A DNA stretch of 64,000 nucleotides, taken from contig JACQXA010000004.1 in assembly GCA_016208975.1 (NCBI GenBank), positions 681,015 through 745,014 on the forward strand, in the 5' to 3' direction. The notes beneath the pieces are model-generated. The model was not told the origin of the DNA and did no database searches. It worked only from the letters and a program-made list of their open reading frames with translations. The DNA is from Nitrospinota bacterium (lineage in GTDB: Bacteria; Nitrospinota_A; UBA7883; JACRLM01). The first letter of the stretch is position 1, and the number at the start of each line of letters is the position of its first letter. Both the position numbers and the translations under genes were made by a program. This document shows, in pieces, positions 29,834 through 39,221 of this stretch.

Positions 29834-30760
29834 TCAACCCTCCTCTCGTCTGAGTTGCAATGGGGTGTCTATGGTCGTGAATTTGCCGGGAGCCGCCCCC
29901 GGCTTGCGGATCTTCTCCTTCAACAGGATGAAATCGGGTTGCATCTCAACAACCTTTCCGCATCTCTTGCCCACGTACATGTTCTTGTACACTGTGTAAC
30001 CCTTGCCGTCCGGCGTTTCAATCAGGGCCACCGGGCCTTTATCAGTCTCGATTATGCCAGCCAGTTTCAGGGAATCCAGGTCAAATCCTTCCAAAAGCTC
30101 TCTGGGCCTGTCCGGCTCACAAAGATCCTCTGCAATCACTTCAGCCTCCACCCCGCTTATGGCCACCAGCGCCCGGAATGGATCTCTCCGGCCGACTGGA
30201 TTGTAGCGCTCTTCGGGTTTCATGGAAGTGGGCCTCGCCTCCCCTTTCTCCAATGCGCCCAGGACGCTCTGGCTGGTTTCCGCCTGAGCCAGCTGGGTGG
30301 CCTTTTTGGGGATTTCCATGGAGCGGGACCACGTGTCCCCCTCCGCCAGTTTGCCCAGTTTCCAGACACCGGGCTTTTTCTTGTCCCTCAACCAGGTTTC
30401 TCCAACCACCTTGGAGTTGATCGGCTCGCCATCCTCACCGCGCACCTCGGTCCTTGTGTAAGAGACCGAGGCCAGATCCCCCTGCATGGTGACGGAGGTG
30501 ATCCTGGCGTTATAAACCTTGCGCCTGATGGCCAGTACTTTCAGGAAGTCTTCCTTGCTTATCTTCGCGTCGGTAAAATCCGGCGCCAGAAAGCTTTGGG
30601 CCATCTGCATGTTCCCGGAGGCTATGCCCAGGCTCAGCGAGTTGAACGAAGCCCGGACGTTGGCGGACTCATCCTCCGCGGCGCCCCTGAAGAAATAGGT
30701 GTACGCGACGTAACCGGCTATGGCCGCCACGCAAACCGCTATCGTTATCTTGCCCTTCAT
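29834..30760 (-). CDS. pilP: PilP-like pilus assembly protein with long N-terminal extension
   Basis: Position between pilO and pilQ; RRDPFRAL motif; N-terminal TM helix. Confidence 0.65.
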   Translation of the reverse strand: MKGKITIAVCVAAIAGYVAYTYFFRGAAEDESANVRASFNSLSLGIASGNMQMAQSFLAPDFTDAKISKEDFLKVLAIRRKVYNARITSVTMQGDLASVSYTRTEVRGEDGEPINSKVVGETWLRDKKKPGVWKLGKLAEGDTWSRSMEIPKKATQLAQAETSQSVLGALEKGEARPTSMKPEERYNPVGRRDPFRALVAISGVEAEVIAEDLCEPDRPRELLEGFDLDSLKLAGIIETDKGPVALIETPDGKGYTVYKNMYVGKRCGKVVEMQPDFILLKEKIRKPGAAPGKFTTIDTPLQLRREEG

Positions 30761-30813
30761 AATCTATAAGCCCGCGTTTGAAATAAACTGGCTTTGCGCC
30801 TGGGTTATAACCA

Positions 30814-31569
30814 TCATTTCTTGCCCCCCTCAGCGCTTGCCGGAGCGGCCGGTGGCGCTGGCGGAGCGCCAGGCGCGGGAACCGCGCCGGGAGCTGTTCC
30901 TGGAGCCGCCTTGCCCTTATCCCCATCCTTGGCGCCGACGGCGCCCTCGAGGAACCGGTAAGTGGTGGCCATACACGAAAGCTGGATCTTGGTGCCCTGT
31001 TGCTGGGCCTGTTGTTTGGCCGCCGGGGCCGCCTGCTTGGCGCCCGTGGCCACCGTCTGCATCTTCATGTCCCCGATGGTGACTATCCTGGGCAGATGCG
31101 CTATCTCGTCGAAGAACATGAGGATGTTATGGAACTTGCCGGTAACCTCTATGCTCACCGGCACCTCGGCGTAAAACTCCCTCATCTGCTCAGGCTGGGG
31201 TTTGAAAGTAAGGAACTCCAGCTGGCTCTGGGTGCCGAGGTTTGAAACCTGCTCCAGAAGCTCGGGGATTTCTTTTTCAGAGGGAAGCTGTTTTGCGGCC
31301 TCCGCCCGGTCGGCCTCCAGCTTGGTGATCTTTTCTTTGAGTTTGTTGAGCTTGCTGGCGTGGGCGCGGTTGTCCTCCACTTCCTTCTGGACCTTCGCCA
31401 GGTCCTGCTCCAGCTGGACTATGGTTTCGTCCTGACCGCGGATAACGAGGAAATAGAAGATGACCAGCAGAAGGACGGCCACGCCGCCCACCGCCGCGAA
31501 CCTTTGCCAGTTGGGCAAAGGATATAGCTTCTCGTAGGGGATTTTCTCAAAAACCTTGTCGAGATCCAC
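30814..31569 (-). CDS. pilO: Pilus assembly protein PilO
   Basis: Single TM then coiled coil, position in operon, Pro/Ala-rich tail. Confidence 0.7.
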   Translation of the reverse strand: MDLDKVFEKIPYEKLYPLPNWQRFAAVGGVAVLLLVIFYFLVIRGQDETIVQLEQDLAKVQKEVEDNRAHASKLNKLKEKITKLEADRAEAAKQLPSEKEIPELLEQVSNLGTQSQLEFLTFKPQPEQMREFYAEVPVSIEVTGKFHNILMFFDEIAHLPRIVTIGDMKMQTVATGAKQAAPAAKQQAQQQGTKIQLSCMATTYRFLEGAVGAKDGDKGKAAPGTAPGAVPAPGAPPAPPAAPASAEGGKK

Positions 31570-31617
31570 CGTCTTCCTCCAGGTTACGCCTATATGGCAA
31601 GGAACCGCCCGTCCGGG

Positions 31618-32265
31618 CTATTCCTTCTTCTCCTTCTTGGCCCCGTTCTTGGCCGAGGGCTTAGAGGCCGCCTTGGCCGCTTCCTCAGCCTCCTTCCGCT
31701 TTCTCTCCTCCTCCTGAATCTTCAACCCGATGGCGGTCATCGCCTGCACGGTGAATTTCATGAGGGTCTCATTACCGATCTTGGCCTGCGTGATCTCCTT
31801 GAGCTCCACGTTGGCGAACTGGTCCGACTCCTCCATGCCCTTCATGAGCCTGGCCACGGCCGTGTTCGCGAACGAATAACCCTGGACGGTCACCTGGCCC
31901 CGCAGGTCGTTGAGATTTGTCAGCCATATCTCCGGAGGGAGTATGACGTTGAGGTTGTCCAGGTAAGGCGTGGGGCCGCGCTTGAACTCCACCAGCATGT
32001 TGATGGCCCCCAGGATGGACGATAACTGCTTCTCCTGGACCTCCATCTTCCTGACTTCTTCTCTTATCTTCTTCTGGGTCTCCAGCTCCTTCTTGGAGCT
32101 TTCGATCTTCTCGGAGGTGTCGGTTATCTGGCTGGCCTTGGCCTGCCACCAGAACCCGCACAGCACGAAAGCGCCCGCGATGATCATCAGCCCCATCACA
32201 AGCTGTTGCTGTATTAACAGACGGTCTTTAGCGTGGCGGTCCGCGAGAAGGTTGATCCTGATCAT
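31618..32265 (-). CDS. pilN: Pilus assembly protein PilN
   Basis: Start MIRINLL, TM helix, coiled coil; ATG overlaps pilM stop. Confidence 0.7.
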   Translation of the reverse strand: MIRINLLADRHAKDRLLIQQQLVMGLMIIAGAFVLCGFWWQAKASQITDTSEKIESSKKELETQKKIREEVRKMEVQEKQLSSILGAINMLVEFKRGPTPYLDNLNVILPPEIWLTNLNDLRGQVTVQGYSFANTAVARLMKGMEESDQFANVELKEITQAKIGNETLMKFTVQAMTAIGLKIQEEERKRKEAEEAAKAASKPSAKNGAKKEKKE

Positions 32266-33359
32266 TTGTCGCCCAGCCTTCTGATGGCAAGCCCAACGGC
32301 CACAACGGCCATCGGCGCGATTTTCTCGATGTATTCCGGATCGAAGACCTTGGTGTTCACCTTTATGTTCCGGAAGGGGTTTATCAGCTCGCAGGAAAGC
32401 CCCAGCTCCTGGCCCATAATGGTCTCCACCCCTTCGATCATGGCGGTGCCGCCGCAAACGCGCACCCGCCTTACACGGCTCTCCGAGGTGCGGTGGTACA
32501 TGTCGAAAGTTTTCTTCAGCTCGTCGCAGATCGCGGCCAAACCGGCCTTTAAGTGGGGTATCACCTGCTCACGGCGGAGGCCCCCCTCAAACACGCCCAG
32601 CTTGTACTTTTCCGCTTCCTTAAAGGGCACGTTCATGTTCTTCTGGATCGTCTCGGATATCTTGTTGCCCCCCATGGGAATGTCCCTGGTGTAGGCGGTT
32701 ATGCCGTTCTCTATTATGTTCACGTTGGTGATTGAGGCGCCTATGTTCACCAGCGCCACGGTGTCGTCGGCGTCCAGCCCATACGCCGCCTCGTAACCGT
32801 TCTCCAGGGCGAACACGTCCAGGTCCGCCACCGACGGCTTGAGCCCAGCGTTCTTTAAAATTTCCGCCTGCTCGCCCAGCACATCCTTTTTCACGGCCAC
32901 AAGAAGCACGTCCATCTGCCGGTCTTCATTCTCCGGCAGTTTCTGCCCCTTCTTGGGGATGGGACCCTCGTGCTTGACTATCTGGAAATCTACATTGACC
33001 TCGTCTATGTCGAAAGGAATGTATTGCTCGGCCTCCTGCTGGATGGATTCGGCCAGGTCGTCTTCGCTCATAAGTGGCACGGTGATCTTCTTTATGATCA
33101 CCGACTGGCCGGAAACGGAGAAAGCGCAGTTCTTGATGGAAGAAGGCACCTTCTCGGCGGCCATGAGGTTTTTCAGGGTGTCGGATACGGCTCCGGGGTT
33201 CTCCACCTCCCGCTCCACGATCGCATCGGGAGGCAAGGGGATCATGCCGAAATTAGCGAGTTCGTAACCGCGCTTGGTCTTTTTGACTAGCGCAAGCTTT
33301 ATGGAGTAGGAACCTATGTCCACCCCAAGACAGGGCCTGTTGGTCAATGCGAATAACAC
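32262..33359 (-). CDS. pilM: Type IV pilus assembly ATPase-like protein PilM
   Basis: Actin-like fold signature (CLGVDIGSYSIKLALV). Confidence 0.85.
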   Translation of the reverse strand: MLFALTNRPCLGVDIGSYSIKLALVKKTKRGYELANFGMIPLPPDAIVEREVENPGAVSDTLKNLMAAEKVPSSIKNCAFSVSGQSVIIKKITVPLMSEDDLAESIQQEAEQYIPFDIDEVNVDFQIVKHEGPIPKKGQKLPENEDRQMDVLLVAVKKDVLGEQAEILKNAGLKPSVADLDVFALENGYEAAYGLDADDTVALVNIGASITNVNIIENGITAYTRDIPMGGNKISETIQKNMNVPFKEAEKYKLGVFEGGLRREQVIPHLKAGLAAICDELKKTFDMYHRTSESRVRRVRVCGGTAMIEGVETIMGQELGLSCELINPFRNIKVNTKVFDPEYIEKIAPMAVVAVGLAIRRLGDK

Positions 33360-33387
33360 GGCCTACCTCTTCTTTTTATGGAATCAG

Positions 33388-33618
33388 TCAGTCGTCGCCA
33401 AAAACCCCGACGCGGTCGTCCAGATCCAGCCCCAGGGCGATTAGAATCTTCCGCTTGGTGTCCAACCTGCAAAAGTACCCTTTCTCCACCCGATCGATGG
33501 TCTGAACCGAAAGCCCGGTTTTCCGCGCCAGCTCAGCTTTACTCATCATCTTGGACTCACGGATCTCCCTAACCCTGTTCGGCTTCAGCTCTTCTCGCCC
33601 ACCGCCAGCTTGCGACAT
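33388..33618 (-). CDS. XRE-family helix-turn-helix transcriptional regulator
   Basis: 76 aa; MSKAELARKTGLSVQTIDRVEKG HTH; 29 nt upstream of pilM on the same strand. Confidence 0.65.
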   Translation of the reverse strand: MSQAGGGREELKPNRVREIRESKMMSKAELARKTGLSVQTIDRVEKGYFCRLDTKRKILIALGLDLDDRVGVFGDD

Positions 33619-33619
33619 C

Positions 33620-33870
33620 CGTGACCCCTCCAGAAATATAGTCTCTAATTACTATAAAAAACCATTTCCGGAGAACTTATCACGAAAGAAACTTAATTGT
33701 CAATAATTATTTAAAATTTGGGGTTAATTAATTGTATATTACATTATATTAATATTCTATTTTAAATTATATGAAATAAAATCAACTAATTTAAACCCAT
33801 AAATAGATAATTACCAATTAATACACATGCCATTATATGATAATTAGCGTCAATTTTATGACACTACCTC
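33620..33870. other. Strongly AT-rich non-coding block
   Basis: ~250 bp of A/T-dominated sequence with repeated ttaatt/tatatta units, in sharp contrast to flanking GC-rich genes. Confidence 0.7.
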
Positions 33871-34359
33871 CTATAAGCGCTCTATCCGGGCGGACATACT
33901 TGTCAAATCCACCAACGCCACAGTGGAATCCTTTTTTATCCATCCGCAACATTCTCCCGGGTTGACTAGAAGTGATCCGTTTTTCTTTTGAACCACAGCC
34001 TCATGGGTATGGCCAAAAACGATGAGGTCCGCATTACCTTCTGAAAGGTCATGCGGAATTCGCGCAGGCTCGTGAAACATGGATACCCGTTTGCCTGAAA
34101 GCTCCAGACTATGGGGCCTGTCGTTCAGCGTCCAGCCGTCCGCGCCGAACATTCTGGAGAGCCCGTCTTTCTCACCATCGTTGTTGCCGAATACGGCGTG
34201 AAGCGGGGATTTTAGATTTTTGAAGGGGATAAGGGCGAATGGAGCCACAAAATCGCCACAATGGAGGACAGCGCCAACTCCCGCTTCATTGAAAAAGCTC
34301 ACGGCCTTTTCGATTTGCGGAATCCGGTCATGCGTATCTGAAACCACACCAATAAGCAT
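33871..34359 (-). CDS. Metallophosphoesterase, YfcE/MJ0936 family
   Basis: SDTHD, GDFV, GNND, GHTH metal-binding motifs. Confidence 0.8.
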   Translation of the reverse strand: MLIGVVSDTHDRIPQIEKAVSFFNEAGVGAVLHCGDFVAPFALIPFKNLKSPLHAVFGNNDGEKDGLSRMFGADGWTLNDRPHSLELSGKRVSMFHEPARIPHDLSEGNADLIVFGHTHEAVVQKKNGSLLVNPGECCGWIKKDSTVALVDLTSMSARIERL

Positions 34360-34584
34360 GCGCTCTCCCTTTGTAACATCCAGGGACGTATGTGTCCAAA
34401 AACCACCAACCTTTAACGAATATAACCTTAAATCAGGCGAAATTCAAACCTGTTTCTTCCAAAGGGTTTGAAAATCCGCAAATTTCATTTTTGCGGCGGC
34501 GTGATTTTTTTTAGCCCAATAAGCGGCATACGCAATTGCCAGCCGGGGTTTCCCCGGAAAGTTAATATGATTTTGAGTGGGATA

Positions 34585-34611
34585 TTGTCAAACGCGGTGT
34601 TCTTCTATAAT
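34585..34611 (+). promoter_or_regulatory. Candidate sigma70-type promoter for tRNA-Pro
   Basis: TTGTCA (34585-34590), 15 bp spacer, perfect TATAAT (34606-34611), 15 nt before tRNA. Confidence 0.4.
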
Positions 34612-34626
34612 ATGGACAATCTGTCT

Positions 34627-34703
<77 letters not shown>

Positions 34704-34847
34704 GTTCATCCTGGCCGAGCGCAGAAAACCTGTTCATCCCCTCTCAACCAGCCTCTCGCACGGGCCAGCGTGAACAATCTACGCCGGTGGCCGGATCAAA
34801 CATATATAATCCATTTCATCTTCCATTTTTCCCGATGGGGGTATGTT

Positions 34848-35825
34848 GTGCGAAGGATACTGGCTCTGGCGGCGCTAACGGTTTTTTCCATAATCGCCAT
34901 CACGTGCGGTGGCGGCTCATCAACAAGCGGCTCATCCGCGGGAAACGAATTGGCTGAAAGCTGTTCGTCAACCGCAACCTCCCGCGCATATCTCATGGCG
35001 TTCCATGTTTGCGACACTTCAACAGCCGTCTGTTCAAACCCGGCAAACCATTCAATAAGGCTAGCCGGTTCCGATGACGGATTGAACTGGACGTTGCTAC
35101 AGGATTTCGCCCCCCTCGCCGGTTCCGTGCCGGACATTGTTGAATATGACGGGGCCCTTTACATCTACCACACCGGCTTGGAGCATTACGCCAGCGTGAA
35201 CGCCTGCTTGCAGGTGACTGAAAGCGGCTCGGTGGCCATAAGCGGGGAAAGCGGCGGATTTGTGGATACTTCACTGATTTTGGTGGACGGCGCGTTGACC
35301 ATGTTCTATCTGCCAGGAATTATCGGGATGGATCCAGCCGGTTGCCAGGACTATCCATGCGTGAAAGAGATACATTCAGCCCGCAGTGTGAACGGTTCGG
35401 CATCTTCTTTCGCCCAGATCCCCGGGTCCAGGGCTTCTGCCAATCTGACGGGCGGGGTTTTTTCCGACCCTGATATTGTCAGTAGATCCAATGGCAGTTA
35501 CCTGCTTTATGTCTCCAGCGGCCAGAGCGTTCTGGGCTATTCATCCACCGATATTGACGGATCGTTCACCGGAGGCGTGACCATCAGCAACGGCGCGGGA
35601 GGCGTTCCCTCTGCCATCGAAGCGCCGGACGGCGCAATCTGGCTGTATGTCACCACAACGGTTGGCGGAGTGGAGGTTATCCGGCGCGCTTTACTGGCGG
35701 ACGACCTTACTCCCGCTTCATGGGTGGATTTTGTAACTGTAATGAATGGCTCCGCCCTTGGCCTCGGCGCCAGCGTGAGCGTGTCCAGCCCTTCAATCAT
35801 TCCCTGGCCATCAAGCTGGAAATAA
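34848..35825 (+). CDS. Hypothetical lipoprotein
   Basis: In-frame GTG start giving signal peptide (V)RRILALAALTVFSIIAITCGG with lipobox; the longer ORF from 34659 would overlap the tRNA. Confidence 0.55.
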   Translation: MRRILALAALTVFSIIAITCGGGSSTSGSSAGNELAESCSSTATSRAYLMAFHVCDTSTAVCSNPANHSIRLAGSDDGLNWTLLQDFAPLAGSVPDIVEYDGALYIYHTGLEHYASVNACLQVTESGSVAISGESGGFVDTSLILVDGALTMFYLPGIIGMDPAGCQDYPCVKEIHSARSVNGSASSFAQIPGSRASANLTGGVFSDPDIVSRSNGSYLLYVSSGQSVLGYSSTDIDGSFTGGVTISNGAGGVPSAIEAPDGAIWLYVTTTVGGVEVIRRALLADDLTPASWVDFVTVMNGSALGLGASVSVSSPSIIPWPSSWK

Positions 35826-36178
35826 CGGGGCATTTAATCCCCCGACCAGCCCCAAAATGCGCCATCCGTCCTTTCCAGCCGCTGTTCATCGCCTTTAAGT
35901 TGCAACCTCGCGCCCGGCGGTTAATCATGCGCCCATGGCCGGCGATTTGGAGATTGAATGATGATTGAGCGGAATTTGGCCCTCTGGTTCGTGCTGGCGG
36001 CCTTGGCGATCCCGTTCCCGGCCCTGGGGCTGGAGGAGGATCCGGAGTTCAAGGAAGCCCGGAAGATTTTCCTTCAGGCCCGGGACCATAAAGAAGGCGC
36101 GCTGGAAAAAGCGGACAATCTATGTGCTACAAAACCGGGCATTTCTATTTGTTGCTAACACCACTCAACTGCTTGCCT

Positions 36179-37549
36179 CTACCTCTCTATCAACACGTCC
36201 AGCGCCTGGTCCACGGTCTCCACATGCTCCACGGTTATCCCCGGCGGGATGTTGAATGCCGCGCGGGACTTGGGTATAACCGCCCGGGTAAAGCCGAGTT
36301 TGGCGGCCTCCATCACGCGGGACTCAAGCTGGGGCACCATGCGTATCTCGCCGCCCAGCCCCACTTCGCCCACCACCACCGTCCGCGCGTCCACCGCCGC
36401 GTCGCGGAAGCTGGAAACTATGGAAACAATAACCCCCAGGTCTATGGCGGGTTCGTCTATGCGCACGCCCCCGGCGGCGTTCACAAACACGTCTTCGCCC
36501 ATAATGTGGTACCCGGCCCGTTTTTCTATAATTGCGATTAAAATGGCTACCCGGTTCGGGTCCACCCCCACGGTGGTCCTTCTTGGCGACGGGTAATTGG
36601 TGGATGTCACCAGCGCCTGTATCTCCACCAGCAATGGTCTTGTGCCGTTCACGCAGGCCACCACAACACTGCCGGACACGGCTCCCGGTTTTTCCGACAG
36701 AAATATCTCCGAAGGATTGGCTATCTCCGTCAACCCCTCGCTTTTCATCTCGAATACCCCGATCTCGTTGGTGGAGCCAAACCGGTTCTTCACCCCGCGC
36801 AGGATGCGGAACGGGCTTCCCTTCTCCCCCTCGAAATACAGCACCGTGTCCACCATATGCTCCAGCAGACGCGGGCCAGCGATGGCGCCCTCTTTGGTGA
36901 CGTGGCCGATGAGAAATATGGGGATGCCGGTTTTTTTGCATAACGTAAGCAAGCGCCCAGCCGCCTCCCGCACCTGCCCCACAGTGCCGGGGGCCGACGG
37001 CAGTTCGTCGGTATATATGGTCTGGATGGAGTCTATTATCACCATGCACGGACGGACGTGGGAGATGTGACGGCCTATCTCCTCCACGTTTGTTTCGGGC
37101 AAGATAAGCAGGTTGCCCGCCATGCAGTCCAGCCGCTCCCCCCGCATCCTTATCTGCGCGGGGGACTCCTCGCCGGACACATAAAGCGTGGGGGCTATAC
37201 GGGCGAACCGGCCCGCCACCTGTAACAGCAACGTGGATTTACCGATACCAGGGTCGCCGCCTACAAGGGTCATGGATCCAGCCACCACGCCGCCTCCCAG
37301 CACCCGGTCCAGCTCGCCGATGCCGGTGGGAACCCTGTCTTCCGTGTCGGAAGTGACTTCGGTGATGGCCACCGGTTCTTCCTTGCCATGTTTTTCCAGC
37401 CAGGCTCGCCTGCTACCGGCGGGGGCCGGGGCGGCCTGGCGCTCTTCGGCGAAAGTGTCCCACTGGTTGCAGGAGGGGCATTTGCCCAACCATTTTGGGC
37501 TTTGATGCCCGCATGACTGGCAAATATAAAGGGTGGTGGCTTTGGCCAT
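36179..37549 (-). CDS. radA: DNA repair protein RadA
   Basis: N-terminal zinc ribbon CQSCGHQSPKWLGKCPSCNQW, Walker A GDPGIGKST, Lon-like C-domain. Confidence 0.9.
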   Translation of the reverse strand: MAKATTLYICQSCGHQSPKWLGKCPSCNQWDTFAEERQAAPAPAGSRRAWLEKHGKEEPVAITEVTSDTEDRVPTGIGELDRVLGGGVVAGSMTLVGGDPGIGKSTLLLQVAGRFARIAPTLYVSGEESPAQIRMRGERLDCMAGNLLILPETNVEEIGRHISHVRPCMVIIDSIQTIYTDELPSAPGTVGQVREAAGRLLTLCKKTGIPIFLIGHVTKEGAIAGPRLLEHMVDTVLYFEGEKGSPFRILRGVKNRFGSTNEIGVFEMKSEGLTEIANPSEIFLSEKPGAVSGSVVVACVNGTRPLLVEIQALVTSTNYPSPRRTTVGVDPNRVAILIAIIEKRAGYHIMGEDVFVNAAGGVRIDEPAIDLGVIVSIVSSFRDAAVDARTVVVGEVGLGGEIRMVPQLESRVMEAAKLGFTRAVIPKSRAAFNIPPGITVEHVETVDQALDVLIER

Positions 37550-37555
37550 GGAGGG

Positions 37556-38407
37556 TTATTGGGCCGGTTGGGATTCGGCGGCTTTTTTCGCGGCCTCCTC
37601 CATCTTTTTCTTTTCGGCCTGGATCTCCCGCCGGGATCCGCGTTTTCTTTCCACTTTTTCTTCTTCGGCTTTCACCGGTTGGGCTGGAGCGGTTCCAGGA
37701 GCTATCGCCTGCCCCGGAGCCCCGGCCTGTTTGCGCGGCCTGGGGACAACCTTGTGGTAAATACCCTCTTCCGGCGTTTCGTCTTCACCAGGGGCTGGAA
37801 CCCGCTCGTTATACGCCCAAACGATGCGATAGTTATAACCGGCTATTTCTTCCGGATGCAGGTTTATCTCATATTCAACTACGGCGGTTTCACCCGCCTC
37901 CAGCCGGTCCGGTTTTTTCTTCCCGCCGTCAAATTCGATGGCCAGGTCCGCCGCCCTTCGGGCTTCCACATGGAAAAGTATAAGGTCCAGCCGCAAACCA
38001 TCCACGGGATATTTGAAGTTGTTCTTCAGGGTGGCCCGGAGCAGGGCAAGGCCGGTCATGGTGTTTTCTATTTCCAGTTCCCCCACCATCTCCACGCCCT
38101 TGTCTTTTTCAGGCGCTTTTTCTTCGGCCTGCCCGTTCTCCCCATTGGCCACCCCCTCGCCGTTTTGAGCGGAGCCATTTGCAGGCGCTTCATTAACCGG
38201 GGCTTCCTCCTCCAGCGGAGGGCGCACATATTTCTCTGGAGCTACTACTTCTTTTTTTTCTTTAACCTTGGGTGGGGCGGAGTATTGGCTGTCGCCGTAA
38301 TGGGCCTGGCCTTTCTCATCCACCCACTTGTAGATACCCTGGGCGAGGGCCGGAGTGGGAAAACTAAGCGCGGCCGCCAACCCGGCGGCGATAACCTTTT
38401 GTTTCAT
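37556..38407 (-). CDS. DUF4124-domain secreted protein with charged low-complexity tail
   Basis: Signal peptide then GIYKWVDEKGQAHYGD motif; 6 nt upstream of radA. Confidence 0.7.
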   Translation of the reverse strand: MKQKVIAAGLAAALSFPTPALAQGIYKWVDEKGQAHYGDSQYSAPPKVKEKKEVVAPEKYVRPPLEEEAPVNEAPANGSAQNGEGVANGENGQAEEKAPEKDKGVEMVGELEIENTMTGLALLRATLKNNFKYPVDGLRLDLILFHVEARRAADLAIEFDGGKKKPDRLEAGETAVVEYEINLHPEEIAGYNYRIVWAYNERVPAPGEDETPEEGIYHKVVPRPRKQAGAPGQAIAPGTAPAQPVKAEEEKVERKRGSRREIQAEKKKMEEAAKKAAESQPAQ

Positions 38408-38535
38408 GAAGCGAAATTATATCGTATCGGCGCTTTTTAATAAATGGCATTCGGGCTTGCGAACCTCTTAGTGGAAATCGCCTAAGGTAAATGCTCCCAC
38501 TGAACCACCACGGTAGAAACATTCGGTTTCATTCT

Positions 38536-38686
38536 TAAAAAATGGGGTGGTGTCTCAGTTTGAATCTCAAATAATAGACAGATCCTTCACTTCGCTTGCG
38601 CTTCGCTCAGGATGACAATGTTATCAACGGCTGTTATATTGTCATTCTGGGCGTAAGTGAAGAATCTCCCCTGTACTTTCAAACTG
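38536..38686. repeat. MITE-like palindromic repeat, copy B
   Basis: 151 bp; terminal inverted repeats ggtggtgtctcagtttgaa / ttcaaactgagacactacc; near-identical to copy at 56918. Confidence 0.55.
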
Positions 38687-38822
38687 AGACACTACCAAAA
38701 ACGGCCACACATGTTACTAAAACCGGTTTTAGTGATAGAATGCCCTGATATTCAGAAGGTTGTGGTGGTTAATAGTGGCGCATCCAGCGCCTGCGAGATT
38801 TACTTAAATTCCTGGAGGAGCC

Positions 38823-39209
38823 ATGTCCGATTTTAGCACCCTTCTTGCCGTCAAAGACCTTATGAAACCGGAGATAGTGACGGCTTCCCATAACACAAGC
38901 GTTGAAGAAGCCGCAAAAACCCTGACGGAGAAGGCCATTTCCAGCATAGTCATCACCGACGATAACGGACACATAGCCGGCATCCTCACCGAAACGGAAA
39001 TAGTGCGCAACGTGGTAGCGAAAAGTTTAAACCCCGCCGCCACCAAGGTAAGCCAGGCCATGAACCCCGATGTCCAGCGAATCAATGGCGACACTTCCAT
39101 TTTCGACGCGCGCCACAAAATGGTGGAGCTGAACGTGAAGCATCTGGTGGTGGAGATTGGGGGCAAACCAGTGGGGCTTATTTCCTCTACCGCCCTGCTG
39201 GGTTCATAG
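38823..39209 (+). CDS. CBS-domain protein
   Basis: 128 aa with tandem CBS-like segments. Confidence 0.75.
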   Translation: MSDFSTLLAVKDLMKPEIVTASHNTSVEEAAKTLTEKAISSIVITDDNGHIAGILTETEIVRNVVAKSLNPAATKVSQAMNPDVQRINGDTSIFDARHKMVELNVKHLVVEIGGKPVGLISSTALLGS

Positions 39210-39221
39210 CCCAGACAAATT

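Noticed and set aside
29855-30769. 304 aa plus-strand ORF inside pilP
   Set aside because: Shadow ORF; the minus-strand product has TM helix and RDPF motif and fits operon context.
35958-36158. 66 aa ORF with signal-peptide-like start between the lipoprotein gene and radA
   Set aside because: Short, ends in an odd Cys-Cys terminus, no ribosome-binding site seen; could be a gene remnant but not supportable.
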